A DNA stretch of 64,000 nt, from assembly GCA_044222475.1 (NCBI GenBank), contig JBGANF010000026.1:11776-75775 (forward strand), read 5' to 3'. The notes below the pieces were generated by a model, which made no database searches, was not told the origin of the DNA, and saw only the letters and a list, made by a program, of their open reading frames with translations. Positions 53,619 to 63,936 of the stretch are shown here, piece by piece. Position 1 is the stretch's first letter, and each line of letters starts with the position of its first letter. Position numbers and translations under genes: made by a program. Origin of the DNA: Polyangiaceae bacterium (GTDB taxonomy: Bacteria; Myxococcota_A; Polyangia; Polyangiales; Polyangiaceae).

Positions 53619-54436
53619 ACGAGCTTCGGTTCTCGTTCGGCAAGAACTGGCAGTCGTTCCGTCGCTCGGCCCTCGACGACGACGCCATCCGCGAGGCCGA
53701 GCGCGGCCTCGCGACGCTGGTCGGCGCGGACCGCGTTCGAGGGAAGACGTTCCTGGACGTCGGGAGCGGAAGCGGGCTCCACTCGCTGGCGGCGCTGCGG
53801 CTGGGAGCGTCGAGGATCGTGAGCTTCGACTACGATCCCGACTCGGTCGCGTGTACCGAAGAGGTACGAGCGACCGTCGACCTGGACTCGCGTCGCCGCT
53901 GGGAGGTTCTTCGAGGATCGGCGCTCGACGAGGACTTCGTGCGCGGCCTCGGCGGGTTCGACGTCGTGTACTCGTGGGGCGTGCTCCACCACACCGGTGA
54001 CATGTGGCGAGCGATCCGGACGAGCGCGGCGGCCGCGAAGGACCCGGGATCGCTCTTCGCGATCGCGATCTACAACAAGGTGAAGGGGCACCTCGGGACG
54101 CTGAGCTCGGAGCGCTGGTGGAAGATCAAGCGAGCGTACGCGCGGGGCGGCCCCTTGAAGCGACGCGCCATGGTTGCCGCGTTCGTGGCGTGGCGGCTGT
54201 CGATCCCGCTGACGAAGCTGAAGAACCCGCTCGACGACGTGCGCGCGTACAAGAGCGCCCGGGGCATGTCGTACTGGACGGACGCGGTCGACTGGGTCGG
54301 AGGGTTCCCGTACGAGTACGCGTCGGTCGACGAGATCGTGTCCTTCGCGCGAGACCTCGGCTTCGAGAAGGATCGCGTCGTGGAGATCCACCCCGACGGC
54401 TGGGGTACGAACGAGTTCGTCTTCGTCCGGAAGTGA
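53615..54436 (+). CDS. Class I SAM-dependent methyltransferase
   Basis: RFSFGKNW, FLDVGSGSGLHSLAA, FDVVYSWGVLHHTG, DWVGGFPYE. Confidence 0.9.
   Translation: MNELRFSFGKNWQSFRRSALDDDAIREAERGLATLVGADRVRGKTFLDVGSGSGLHSLAALRLGASRIVSFDYDPDSVACTEEVRATVDLDSRRRWEVLRGSALDEDFVRGLGGFDVVYSWGVLHHTGDMWRAIRTSAAAAKDPGSLFAIAIYNKVKGHLGTLSSERWWKIKRAYARGGPLKRRAMVAAFVAWRLSIPLTKLKNPLDDVRAYKSARGMSYWTDAVDWVGGFPYEYASVDEIVSFARDLGFEKDRVVEIHPDGWGTNEFVFVRK
53853..53867. repeat. Dispersed palindrome GTMCC-N5-GGKAC, copy 11
   Basis: GTACC GAAGA GGTAC inside CDS. Confidence 0.75.
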
Positions 54437-54546
54437 GAGGAGCGCCAGGGCGCCAGGAGCGCCAGGGACGAAATCGATTTTGGGATCGGCACCCGCCCCC
54501 TTTCCGAGTCTTCCCCTGGCGCGCGTGGCGTCCTGGCGTTCCTCTC
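54435..54546. repeat. REP-like inverted pair between convergent genes
   Basis: Left arm GAGAGGAGCGCCAGGGCGCCAGGAGCGCCAGGG (54435-54467); right arm CCCCTGGCGCGCGTGGCGTCCTGGCGTTCCTCTC (54513-54546). Confidence 0.8.
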
Positions 54547-56072
54547 TATGAGCGCCTCGCGCGCAGCCGGGCTTTCAATGCCGACAATGCGTCACGGAGC
54601 GTCTTCTTTTCTTCCGCATCGAGACCGAACAGCGCCAACGCCCCCACGTAGACGAGCGCCGCCACTCCGACTCCCACGAAGAAGCGCAGCGCCGCGTCGT
54701 CGATTGCAGAGTACACGATTCGTCCGACGACGAACGCGAGGCCGGCCGCCATGGCGGTCTTCAGCAGGCCCACCGACATCCCGTGCACGCCGACGAGCCT
54801 CCACGCGAAGAGCGCTTGCAGCCCCTGCGCGATGCCGATCCCCGCGGCGGACGAGATGGCGGCTCCGGTGAGCCCGAAGCGCGGCAGGAGCAGCGGGAGG
54901 AGGACCGCCTGGATGACGAGGCTCGTGATCGCCGCGTACGTGCTGTAGCGCGCATGACCGCTCATCGGGATCGCGAACGCCGACAGCGACAGCGCGTTGA
55001 TGGTGTGCCCCACCGACAGCGCGATCATCGCCGGCGCGCCCTGGGTGAACTCCTTGCCGAAGACGACGAGGAGCCCGTCTCCGAAGCCCGCGAAGAGGAC
55101 CGCCAGCGGCATCGCCGCGAGCGCGAGCCACCTCGTCTGTCGCTTGATCGTCTCGTTGAGCTCGCCGACGGCGCCGCGGGCGAGCGCCGGCGGGATCGCC
55201 GCGCTGACGACCGGATCGAACGCGCCGCGCAGCTGACTGATGCTCTGGACGTAGAGGACGCACGCCGCGTAGGCGCCCATCTCCTCCGTACCTCGGTAGT
55301 GACCGAGGAAGAACGCGTCGATCCGTCCTTGGAGCGCCCACACCAGGTTGGTCAGCACGAGCGGGATGGCGAGCTTGATCACCGCCCAGTCCGCCGGACC
55401 GGAGACGACCGCGCGGAGCGTCCGCCCGAGAGACAGCTCGCGTCCGTAGAACATCGCCGCCGCGATCGTCGTCGTCGCCATGCCGACCGCGACGGCGATC
55501 GCCGCAGCTTCGGCGGTCGGCGAGTAGCGCAGCGCGACGCCGGTGAGCACGAACAGCCCCAGCGGCTGGAGCAGCCCGCGGACCCAGAAGTTGTACTTCA
55601 TCACCTGACGCGCCTGAGTCGCGACCAGGAAGATCGTCGTCGCGTGGTAGAAGATCGGCACGACGGCGAGCAGCCGCAGCGGCGCCTCGAGCTCGGGCTT
55701 CCCCTGCACCCGCGCGACGAGCGGTGCGGAGAGGACCAGCGCGAGGCTGATGAACACGCCGGACAGGAGCACCACCCGCAGCGCCGTCCCGGTCGCCACC
55801 TCCGCGCGGCGGTCGTCCTTGTCCGCCGTGGCGAGGCTCACGTACCGCGTCACCGCCTGATCCATCCCGAAGAGGGTCAGGAGCGAGAACATCTCGACGA
55901 AGCCGTTCGACCACGTGTACACGCCGTAGCCACCCGCGTGGAGCAGGCGCGCGAGCTGCACGTGAAACGCCGGGAGCGCCGCCTGCGAGCTCAGCGTGAG
56001 GAGGTTGGTCCCGATGCCCTTCGCGTCTCGCGACGCCGAAGTGGACGTTTCCGGGGTCGCCTTCTCCGTCAT
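54546..56072 (-). CDS. Oligosaccharide flippase (Wzx/MOP family)
   Basis: Many TMs; ARLL...YGVY, FGMDQAVTRYVS, RIDAFFLG...GAY, PRFGLTGAA. Confidence 0.88.
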   Translation of the reverse strand: MTEKATPETSTSASRDAKGIGTNLLTLSSQAALPAFHVQLARLLHAGGYGVYTWSNGFVEMFSLLTLFGMDQAVTRYVSLATADKDDRRAEVATGTALRVVLLSGVFISLALVLSAPLVARVQGKPELEAPLRLLAVVPIFYHATTIFLVATQARQVMKYNFWVRGLLQPLGLFVLTGVALRYSPTAEAAAIAVAVGMATTTIAAAMFYGRELSLGRTLRAVVSGPADWAVIKLAIPLVLTNLVWALQGRIDAFFLGHYRGTEEMGAYAACVLYVQSISQLRGAFDPVVSAAIPPALARGAVGELNETIKRQTRWLALAAMPLAVLFAGFGDGLLVVFGKEFTQGAPAMIALSVGHTINALSLSAFAIPMSGHARYSTYAAITSLVIQAVLLPLLLPRFGLTGAAISSAAGIGIAQGLQALFAWRLVGVHGMSVGLLKTAMAAGLAFVVGRIVYSAIDDAALRFFVGVGVAALVYVGALALFGLDAEEKKTLRDALSALKARLRARRS

Positions 56073-57220
56073 GTGCCGAGGACGCGATCGTAGACGGCTT
56101 GGGTGCGGGTGACCATCTTCTCGACCGTGAATCGTCGGTCGGTGTGAGCTCTCCCCATCTGTCCCATCTTGGTACGATCGGCCGCGGCCGTGGCGAGGAA
56201 GAGCTCGAGCCCGTCGGCGATGGCCTCGGCGTCGTCGCTGCCCAGGGCGATTCCCTCGTCGCCGCGCCGGGCGCCAGGGTGGCTGACCGGCGGCGTCCGC
56301 ACGAGCTCGTCGGCGTTGGCCGCCGGAGAGACGATGACGGGCGTCGCCGTGGCCATCGCCTCGAGGACCGCGTTGGGGAGCCCTTCGTACTTCGAGGGCA
56401 GGAGAACCGCGTCGGCCGCACCGACGAGGCGCTGGACGTCCCGCACGACCCCGAGGAAGCGAACGACGTCGCCGAGCCGGTGGAGCGTGATCGCCGCGCG
56501 GAGGAGGGTCCCGTACCGGGTGGACGCCTCCTGGCGACCCGCGAGGTGCACCCGAAGATCGGGCGGCAGGGCGCCCCGCGCGCGGAGCTTCGCCAGCGCG
56601 CGCACGATGGCGATCTGGTTTTTCTGCGCCGAGATGCGGCCGGGGACGACGATCGCCGTTCCGTCGAGCCCGAAGCGCTGCCGCTCGTCCTCCCGCTCGT
56701 GCCGCGAGAGCGGCTTGAAGCGCTTGCCGTCGACCCCGTTCTCGACGACGTCGATGCGCTCGGGACGCAGTCGGGCACGCCGCACGAGCTCGTCTCGAAT
56801 GCCGGCCGAGTTCACGATGAGGCCGTCGGTGAGGCGGTGGGTCATCCACTCCTGCCGGATGTACTGCGAGGGCAGATGGGTGCACCTCACCGAGCCGATC
56901 GCTTTCCCCACCCCGGCGATGCGCACCGCGATGCGGCCGTAGATGTTCTGGTGGCCGAGGTAGCTGTGCAGGATCCCCGGCCGCAGCGACTTCACGAGCG
57001 AAACGAGCCGGGGCAGCGTGCGCGGCTCGGGCCCCATGGGCGCCCCGAGCGCGGTCTTGCTCGCGAACGGCAGATCGTACCCGAGCTGATCCGTCTCGTT
57101 GCAGACCGCCACGTGCGGCTCGTAGCGCGACTGGTCCATCCCGCGCACCAGCTCGGCGATTTGACGCTCGGCTCCCCCCTGCTCGAGCGACGAAATGAAG
57201 AAGAGGACCTTCGTCGGCAC
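56069..57220 (-). CDS. Glycosyltransferase family 4 (paralog of 50660..51871)
   Basis: SLEQGGAERQ, VENGVD, GRISAQKNQ, PSKYEGLPNAVLEAM. Confidence 0.93.
   Translation of the reverse strand: MPTKVLFFISSLEQGGAERQIAELVRGMDQSRYEPHVAVCNETDQLGYDLPFASKTALGAPMGPEPRTLPRLVSLVKSLRPGILHSYLGHQNIYGRIAVRIAGVGKAIGSVRCTHLPSQYIRQEWMTHRLTDGLIVNSAGIRDELVRRARLRPERIDVVENGVDGKRFKPLSRHEREDERQRFGLDGTAIVVPGRISAQKNQIAIVRALAKLRARGALPPDLRVHLAGRQEASTRYGTLLRAAITLHRLGDVVRFLGVVRDVQRLVGAADAVLLPSKYEGLPNAVLEAMATATPVIVSPAANADELVRTPPVSHPGARRGDEGIALGSDDAEAIADGLELFLATAAADRTKMGQMGRAHTDRRFTVEKMVTRTQAVYDRVLGT
56161..56175. repeat. Dispersed palindrome GTMCC-N5-GGKAC, copy 12
   Basis: GTCCC ATCTT GGTAC inside CDS. Confidence 0.8.
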
Positions 57221-57300
57221 CGCTTGCGCGTAGCACGAGCCCGACTTTCGGAACAAGGCGATGCATTTTGGGCGTCCCCGCGCCTATCATCGCGGCGCCG

Positions 57301-58137
57301 ATGGGCGTGACGTTCTCGATCGTGATGGCGGCCTACGACCGCGCGCACACGCTCCCGCGCGCGCTCGCGAGCGTCCGTGCGCAGACGCGGGACGACTGGG
57401 AGGTCATCGTCGTCGACGACGGCTCGCGCGACGGCACCGAGAAGCTGGTCCGCGACCTCGAGGCCGCCGACCCTCGCATCCGCTACGTGAAGCACCCGGT
57501 GAACCGGGGCGTGACCGCGGCCAAGAACACCGGCTTCGATCACGTCCGCGGCGACTGGATCATGACGCTCGACAGCGACGACGAGATGGTGCCGCAGGCG
57601 CTGGCCATCTTCGGCCGAACGTTGATCGACGTCGCTCCCGATCTCGACGCGATCGCCTGCAACTGCTTCGACTCGCGCACCGGCCGCTTCACTGGGCGCG
57701 GGCTCGCCCACGACCAGTACATCACGCTCTCGACCCGGCTCGACCGCCAGCGCGGGGAGCACTGGGGCATGTTCCACCGGAGGATCCTCGGCGCGCACCG
57801 CTTCAACGAGCACGTCCGCGGGTACGAAGACGTGCTCTGGACGAAGATCCACGAGCACGCCAAGTGGTACTACCTCCACCGTGCGCTCCGCATCTACCAC
57901 ACCGAAGGGAGCGACCGCCTGACCAGCAAGGAGACTCCGGAGCAGCGACGGCGTCTGTACGAGATCTACCGGGTCATCGTCGACGAAGAGCCCGAGTACT
58001 TGGCGCGCCTCGGACGGCACAGCCCCCGCTCGCTTCGGCGCTTCCTCTTCAACGCGTCCGGGCAGTTCCTCCTTCATCGGGACACCGCGCACCTCCTCGC
58101 GATGGCGCGGGTCGCGCGTCACGGAGTCGCAACGTGA
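57301..58137 (+). CDS. Glycosyltransferase family 2
   Basis: FSIVMAAYDR, VVDDGSRDGT, NRGVTAAKNTG, LDSDD. Confidence 0.93.
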   Translation: MGVTFSIVMAAYDRAHTLPRALASVRAQTRDDWEVIVVDDGSRDGTEKLVRDLEAADPRIRYVKHPVNRGVTAAKNTGFDHVRGDWIMTLDSDDEMVPQALAIFGRTLIDVAPDLDAIACNCFDSRTGRFTGRGLAHDQYITLSTRLDRQRGEHWGMFHRRILGAHRFNEHVRGYEDVLWTKIHEHAKWYYLHRALRIYHTEGSDRLTSKETPEQRRRLYEIYRVIVDEEPEYLARLGRHSPRSLRRFLFNASGQFLLHRDTAHLLAMARVARHGVAT

Positions 58138-59114
58138 GCATCCGCTACTGGCTCGAGCGACCGACGAAGCTCGTGTGGGCCGCGCGCACCGCCGCGGATC
58201 GCGTCTACGAGAGCACCGTCTCGCGCTCGCTCCCCCGCGTGCACGCGTGGCGCCTCCGCCGGCGTCGAGGAGCGGCCATCACCGTCGACGAGTCCGCCAA
58301 GTACGCGATCGCGGTCGCCGACGACTACGAAGCGATCGCGCGGGTCGCCCGCACCGTCCCCCCGTACACGAGCCTCTATCGCGATCGACGCGTGCTCGAA
58401 CTCGGTCCCGGTGACGTCCTGTCGGTCGGCCTCGTCGCGCTCCTTCGAGGCGCTGCGAGCTACCACGCCGTCGACGCCTACGACATCGCGTCGCGCGAGG
58501 CGAAGCGGAACGACGACATCTATCGTCGCATCGCCGAGCTCGAGGGCGTCGCTCCCGACGCGGGTCCCAAGGCGATCGCCAGCGGGCGCGTCGAGCGCGA
58601 CCTGAAGGAGCTCGCGCGACGAGGCGAGCGCTTCGATCTCGTCGTCTCGCGTGCCGTGCTCGAGCACGTCTCCGATCTCGAAGCGCTCTTCGAAGGTCTC
58701 GCGAACGTCGTACGTCCAGACGCGCTCCTGCTCCACAAGGTCGACCTCCGATCGCACGGAATGGAGCGGGACAGCGAGCTCGACTTCCTCCTGTTTCCAC
58801 CGTCCCTCTACGCTCGAATGTCCTCCCACCTCGATCTGCCGAACCGCGTACGCGCCGGTGCGTACCTCGAGCTCGCCGAGCGTCACGGCATGGTGACGCT
58901 CCATGCGGCGGCAACGCACCTGGCGCGCGAAACCAGCCTCGAGCGGGTTCGCGGCGAGATGCCTGCCCCGTTCGCCGCGCTCTCCGACGCCGACCTTCGA
59001 ATCCTCGGCCTCTGGCTCGTCCAGGGTGGACCCGACCGACGGCCTGCCGCTTCGCCGCCTCGACGCGCGGAGGACGTCCCGAACGTCCCGTCGACCGGCT
59101 TCTCCAAGTACTGA
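58134..59114 (+). CDS. Class I SAM-dependent methyltransferase
   Basis: VLELGPGD, FDLVVSRAVLEHV, HKVDLRSH, PNRVR. Confidence 0.85.
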   Translation: MSIRYWLERPTKLVWAARTAADRVYESTVSRSLPRVHAWRLRRRRGAAITVDESAKYAIAVADDYEAIARVARTVPPYTSLYRDRRVLELGPGDVLSVGLVALLRGAASYHAVDAYDIASREAKRNDDIYRRIAELEGVAPDAGPKAIASGRVERDLKELARRGERFDLVVSRAVLEHVSDLEALFEGLANVVRPDALLLHKVDLRSHGMERDSELDFLLFPPSLYARMSSHLDLPNRVRAGAYLELAERHGMVTLHAAATHLARETSLERVRGEMPAPFAALSDADLRILGLWLVQGGPDRRPAASPPRRAEDVPNVPSTGFSKY

Positions 59115-59118
59115 GCGA

Positions 59119-60358
59119 TTACGACACCAGACGCGAAGGAGAGAGCACCTCGGAGAGCGTCTGCACTCGGGTGATCTGCTCCCTCACGGCACCCGGGAGG
59201 CGACTCACCAGCTCGGCGAGCTTGATTCGCACGAGCGCGCGTGGATCTCGGCGGCGCCGACGCGCTTCGTCGGTCTTGTATCGGTCCCACGCTCTCGCGG
59301 CGAGCTCTTCGATCCGCTTGCGGTTTGCGGGCGATGACGTCGCCGAGCTCGATACGCCGATCACCCCGCTCGAACTCGGCCGACGACTGCGCCCACGCGG
59401 GCCACGCGGCCGCGGTTGCGAGCGCGCCCGCCTTGAGCGAGTCGAGGCGAGCGCGATCGTCGCACAGCGCGCGGATCTGAGCGACGACCCGTTCGACGTC
59501 GCGACCCTCCGCCACGAGCGCGTTCTCCCCCGCGCGGATGTACTCGTCGTGACCCGTCACGTCGAACACGACCGCGGTGCCCCCGCAGTGGAACATCTCG
59601 AGCGGCGGCCCGAACATGCCCTCGACCGTACTGAGCTTCAACAGGACGTCGCACGAGCGGTAGACCTCGGCCGTCTTCTGGATGGGCACGCGCGAGAACA
59701 CGCGCGACACGCCGGGCAGCGACGTGACCCGCGAGCCCGTCATCACCCAGACGTCGCGCGCCCCGGCCTCGCGCGCGAGCTTCACCGCGAGGGCAGTGTT
59801 CTTGAACGGCACGCAGAAGTGACCTTCGACCAGGATGCGCGGCTGACCCGACCTCGGGCGCGGGGCCACCACCGGCCCGTCCGGGGTGTAGATGTCCTTT
59901 CGAATGCCGTTCCGGACGAGACGCGCTTCCTTGCCGAAGTGCGCCGCGAGGTGATGCACGATCCACGTCGCCTCGGTCACGAAGTGCACCGGGAACGCGT
60001 ACGTCGCATCGACCAGCGCATGGAGCGCCTTCTCGTGCTCCGGGTAGAACCGCGACTCGATCGACTGCACGAAGTACGCGTGATGGCGAGCGTCGAACGT
60101 GGCGAGGTCCAGCGCGGTGCGCCACCACGTACCGATCGCCACGTCGTACGTGCCGCGGCGCGCCTCGTCGAAGCTCACGCAGCGCAACTTGGGCCCTTCG
60201 TCGTGCCAGGCGAGCGTTTCGGGCCCGAACGGCTCCTGCACGGCGAGGGTGACGTCATGGGCCTGGTCGCGCAGGAAGCTGGCGTGCTGCAGAATGACGT
60301 ACGTACCGCCGCTCATCGCGACGGATCCGACGAGAAAGCAGATCCTAGCCTTCGCCAT
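59119..60358 (-). pseudogene. Glycosyltransferase family 4, apparently frameshifted near 59365
   Basis: SGGTYVI, YFVQSIE, VRNGI, LSTVEGMFGPPLEMF; the plausible C-terminus (RIEELAARAWDRY...) is in another frame ending at 59119. Confidence 0.7.
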
Positions 60359-60372
60359 GACGCCGTCCCGCC

Positions 60373-62594
60373 TCAGTCCTGCGAGCGGTCTTGCCACCGG
60401 CGCAGCTGACGGTAGATCGCGCTAGTTCCGAACAGCGCCTTCGGCGCTGGCGGCCAGGCCAGAACCCGAGATCGCGCGGGCCCTTCGTCTGGAGTAGACG
60501 TCGCGTGAAACGGATGCGCTCGATGTTGGATGGCCCGGGCCCGTTCGCGCCAAGCCGAGACTCCTCGAACACTCCGAAGTTCTCGACGTGCGAGACCCCG
60601 AGCATCCACTCGACCTCCTGCGGCGTGGGGCTGAGGACCATCCTCCGGTGGCGCTCGCTCGTGAGCGCCCAAAGCGCCTCGTCGTCGAGCGGCGCGAGCG
60701 CGAGCGCCGTGGTGATCTCCCCGGAAGCGGTCCATCATGCGGCGCGGCGACGCCGCTGACGCGACTCGATCATCTCTTGCTCGACGAACGGGTCGCGCAC
60801 GACCGAGGGTTTGCCCTCGGCATCGGCCACGAAGCTCGCGGCGCTGCTCGTGACGCGCTGGAGGACTCGAAGAGAGCGGTTCTCGTTGAAGGTCTGGAAG
60901 CCGCGCGAGAGTCCACCCTGGTTGGAGAACAAGAGGCCGGTCTTCTCGTTCCGCTCGCTCATGGCGCCGGGCGCGATGAGGCCGATCATGTACCCACGAA
61001 TGCGCGCCTCTTCGCCGCCGCAGGCCACATCCGAGCCGCACCGGAACAAGTTGTCCTGGATCGATCCCTTCCAACCGACGTCCACCAGGTGGGCGTGCTC
61101 GGCACCGAGCCGCCGGTGAACGACCCGACGTACGCCGCCAGCGCTGCGCTGCGCTTCGCCCCGTTCGCGCTCGTAGACGGCGCGGAACGACGGGGACGCG
61201 ATGAGCTGCTCGAACGGGCGGGCGGTGGGCTGATCGTCCAGCACCACACCGAGCTCACTGGCGAACGCATACCCCTTCGTGATCTCGTCCTGGTGCTCTT
61301 CGAGCGCGAGGCTCTTCAGGAAGTCGGCGACCGACATGCGCCGGTATTGGCGGAACAGGACCTCGAACGTCTCGCCGTCGATGGGCCCGAGCGAAGGCAG
61401 GAACGTCGACTTCCGCGACGCCTCGAGGTAGTGGCAGCGCAGCGAGAGCGCGCCACCCGGGCGGGCCGCGTCGTAGTGCTCGAACATCGCCTTCAGGTCG
61501 AACCCCTCGCGCGACAAGAAGAAGAGATCTTCGACGCCAGCTGCGGCGACCGCGCCGTGCAGGCGCGCGATGAACACGTAGAGGCTGAACGCGAGGTCGG
61601 CGAACGGCGTGGCGTCACCGTCGGCGATCGCGAGGAGGGCACGATCCGGACCGACGGAGTGGAGGACCGCCGACGCGGTCGTGCGGTACTGGTGCTCCGC
61701 CCGCTGCGTCCGGACGAGTGCATCGTGCTGCTCGCGGAGCTTCGCGTCCATCGCTTGAATCACGTCCCAGCGTTCCTGGTTGACCTTCTCCGTGGAGCGG
61801 AGCGCGGCGTCGCGGTCGCGCACCATCGCCTCGGCGCGCTGGATGATGTCCCACCGCTCGAGCGAGGTCTTCTCCGCAGCGCGGAGCTGGATCTGGAGGA
61901 GCTCGCTCTCGGCCTTGTAGCGATACAGGTCCTGCCAACCACCGGGGGCGGCGCGCGCAATCTCGCGGTGCCAGTGGTCACCGCGGGGAAAGAGGACGCC
62001 GAGGCCCCAGCTGTGACGGAGGAAGTCGTAGTGGGGGTGCTTCGCCTTGATCTCCGCCCAGTAGCGCGCGCTACCGTACTCGGTGGACGGGGCCACGTCG
62101 TGGAAGAGGACGACCGCGTCGTCGGCGAGCTTAGGCTCCCACGTCTCGCAGTCGTGCTTGACCGCGTCGTAGGTGTGCAAGCCGTCGATGTGGAGAACGT
62201 CGACGCTGCGATCGGGGATGTCTGCGCGCGCGTCGTCGAAGAGCTTCCGCAGCAGATGGGCCGACTGCTTCGAGAAGGAGCCCGTGCGCGTCTTCTCGAC
62301 GATGTCGAAGACCTCGTTGCCGTAGTAACCGGCGTGCTCGTCGCCTTGCCACGTGTCGACTGCCCATTTCCGCGGGTGTCGAGTCGAGATCCTTCGCGGC
62401 CCGAAGGAACGCGAAGAACGAGCATACCGAAGTGCGTCCTGGCCTGACGAGGCGCTTCGGACGGCGGAACGCGACGAAGTGTCGAGGCTGATGGCCGCCC
62501 ACGGCGAGACCGCGAGCTCTGGGTTGACCAGATCGGACTCGAAGCGAGGGGTGTGAAACTCCCACCGAGCGGGAGCGAACTGTGGCGAAACCAT
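60373..62594 (-). pseudogene. Methyltransferase / coiled-coil / HAD-associated domain fusion with several frameshifts
   Basis: AVDTWQGDEHAG, LHIDGLHTYDAVKHD, FHD; two ERWDxIQ repeats; FFLSREG, LVDVGWKGSIQ; conserved blocks split across frames. Confidence 0.7.
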
Positions 62595-62610
62595 TGGATG
62601 TTCGCATGCT

Positions 62611-63936
62611 CTACCCGCCCCGGATCGGCGACGACAAGGTAGGCCGGATCGCAGGCGCGCGCATCGCGACGTTGAAGAGGCCGTGCACGGCGCGCACCGG
62701 AAGCACCTCCATGCTGAAGACGTTGTGGGCCCAGCACTGCACCACGTGACTGAGCTCCTCTTCGCCCTCGCCGATGCCGAACGTGAGCAGATAGCGGCCG
62801 CCCTGGATCTCGGGCCAAACGAAGTCGAGAGTGACCACCTTGGCCCCGGCGGAGTCGATCGACAAGTGATGCCCGGACGCGAGCGAGTTCACGCCGAAGA
62901 TGGCCTGTCCGAAGCGATCGTTGATCGTGATGCCCACGATGACGTGCTCGACGGCGCGCGCGCACGAGAGCTTGAGGGCGACCCGCACGACGTCACCGGC
63001 CTTCACGACCTCCGTGTCGCGACCGGCAGGCGCGGATGCGTCCAGCTCCCTGCCCACCGCAACCTGCCACCCCACGATCTTCACCTCTTGAGCGCCGCCA
63101 GTGGAGTCGGCCTCCACCGGGGCGAACGCCTCGCCGTCGGCCGCCGTCCCAGCAGGTGCGTCGGGTGCCTTCGGCTCCCCCTTCTCGTAGATCTCGGTGT
63201 GAATCGTCTTGGTGTAGTGCTCGATCGCGCGGATGGGCTCGCCCTCGAAGGCCTTCCGCCCTTTTTCGAGGACGATCGCGCGGGTCGCGAGCTGCGCGAC
63301 CGAAGCCATGTCGTGGCTCACGATCAGCTTGGTGACGCCTGCCATTCTCTCCTTCATCCACTGGAAGCACTTCTGCTGAAAGAAGATGTCGCCGACGGCG
63401 AGCGCCTCGTCGACGATGAGCACGTCGGGCTCGAAGTGGATCATCGCGGCGAACGCCAGGCGGGCGAACATGCCGCTCGAGTAGCTCTTGCAGGGCCGGT
63501 GGGCGAAGTCGCCGATGTCGGCGAACCCGAGGATCTCGGGCATCTTCGCCGTGAGCTCGTCGCGGGAGAAGCCCTGGATCGTCCCATTCAGGTACACGTT
63601 GTCGACCCCGGTGTACTCGGGGTTGAAGCCGGCTCCGAGCTCGAGCAGCGCGGCCACTCGACCGCTCACGGAGAGCGCCCCTTCCGTCGGCGCGATGACG
63701 CCGGTGACGAGCTTGAGCAGAGTCGACTTGCCCGACCCGTTCCTCCCGATGATGGCGAGCGACTCACCGCGCTTCACCTCGAGCGACACGTCGTGCACCG
63801 CGAAGAAGTCGGTGTGGTACGACCTCCCGAACGGGTGCAGTGCCTCCTTCAGGCGGTCGATCGGCTTGTCGAAGATGCGGTATTGCTTGGAAACCGCCTT
63901 CGCCTCGATCACTACGTCTTTTTGGGCCTGATTCAC
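62611..63936 (-). CDS. wzt: Polysaccharide ABC exporter ATP-binding protein with C-terminal Wzt carbohydrate-binding domain
   Basis: GRNGSGKST, LLELGAGFNPEYTG, YSSGMFARLAFA, DEALAVGD, VSHD; about 150-aa C-terminal beta domain. Confidence 0.92.
   Translation of the reverse strand: MNQAQKDVVIEAKAVSKQYRIFDKPIDRLKEALHPFGRSYHTDFFAVHDVSLEVKRGESLAIIGRNGSGKSTLLKLVTGVIAPTEGALSVSGRVAALLELGAGFNPEYTGVDNVYLNGTIQGFSRDELTAKMPEILGFADIGDFAHRPCKSYSSGMFARLAFAAMIHFEPDVLIVDEALAVGDIFFQQKCFQWMKERMAGVTKLIVSHDMASVAQLATRAIVLEKGRKAFEGEPIRAIEHYTKTIHTEIYEKGEPKAPDAPAGTAADGEAFAPVEADSTGGAQEVKIVGWQVAVGRELDASAPAGRDTEVVKAGDVVRVALKLSCARAVEHVIVGITINDRFGQAIFGVNSLASGHHLSIDSAGAKVVTLDFVWPEIQGGRYLLTFGIGEGEEELSHVVQCWAHNVFSMEVLPVRAVHGLFNVAMRAPAIRPTLSSPIRGG
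63581..63595. repeat. Dispersed palindrome GTMCC-N5-GGKAC, copy 13
   Basis: GTCCC ATTCA GGTAC inside wzt. Confidence 0.8.
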
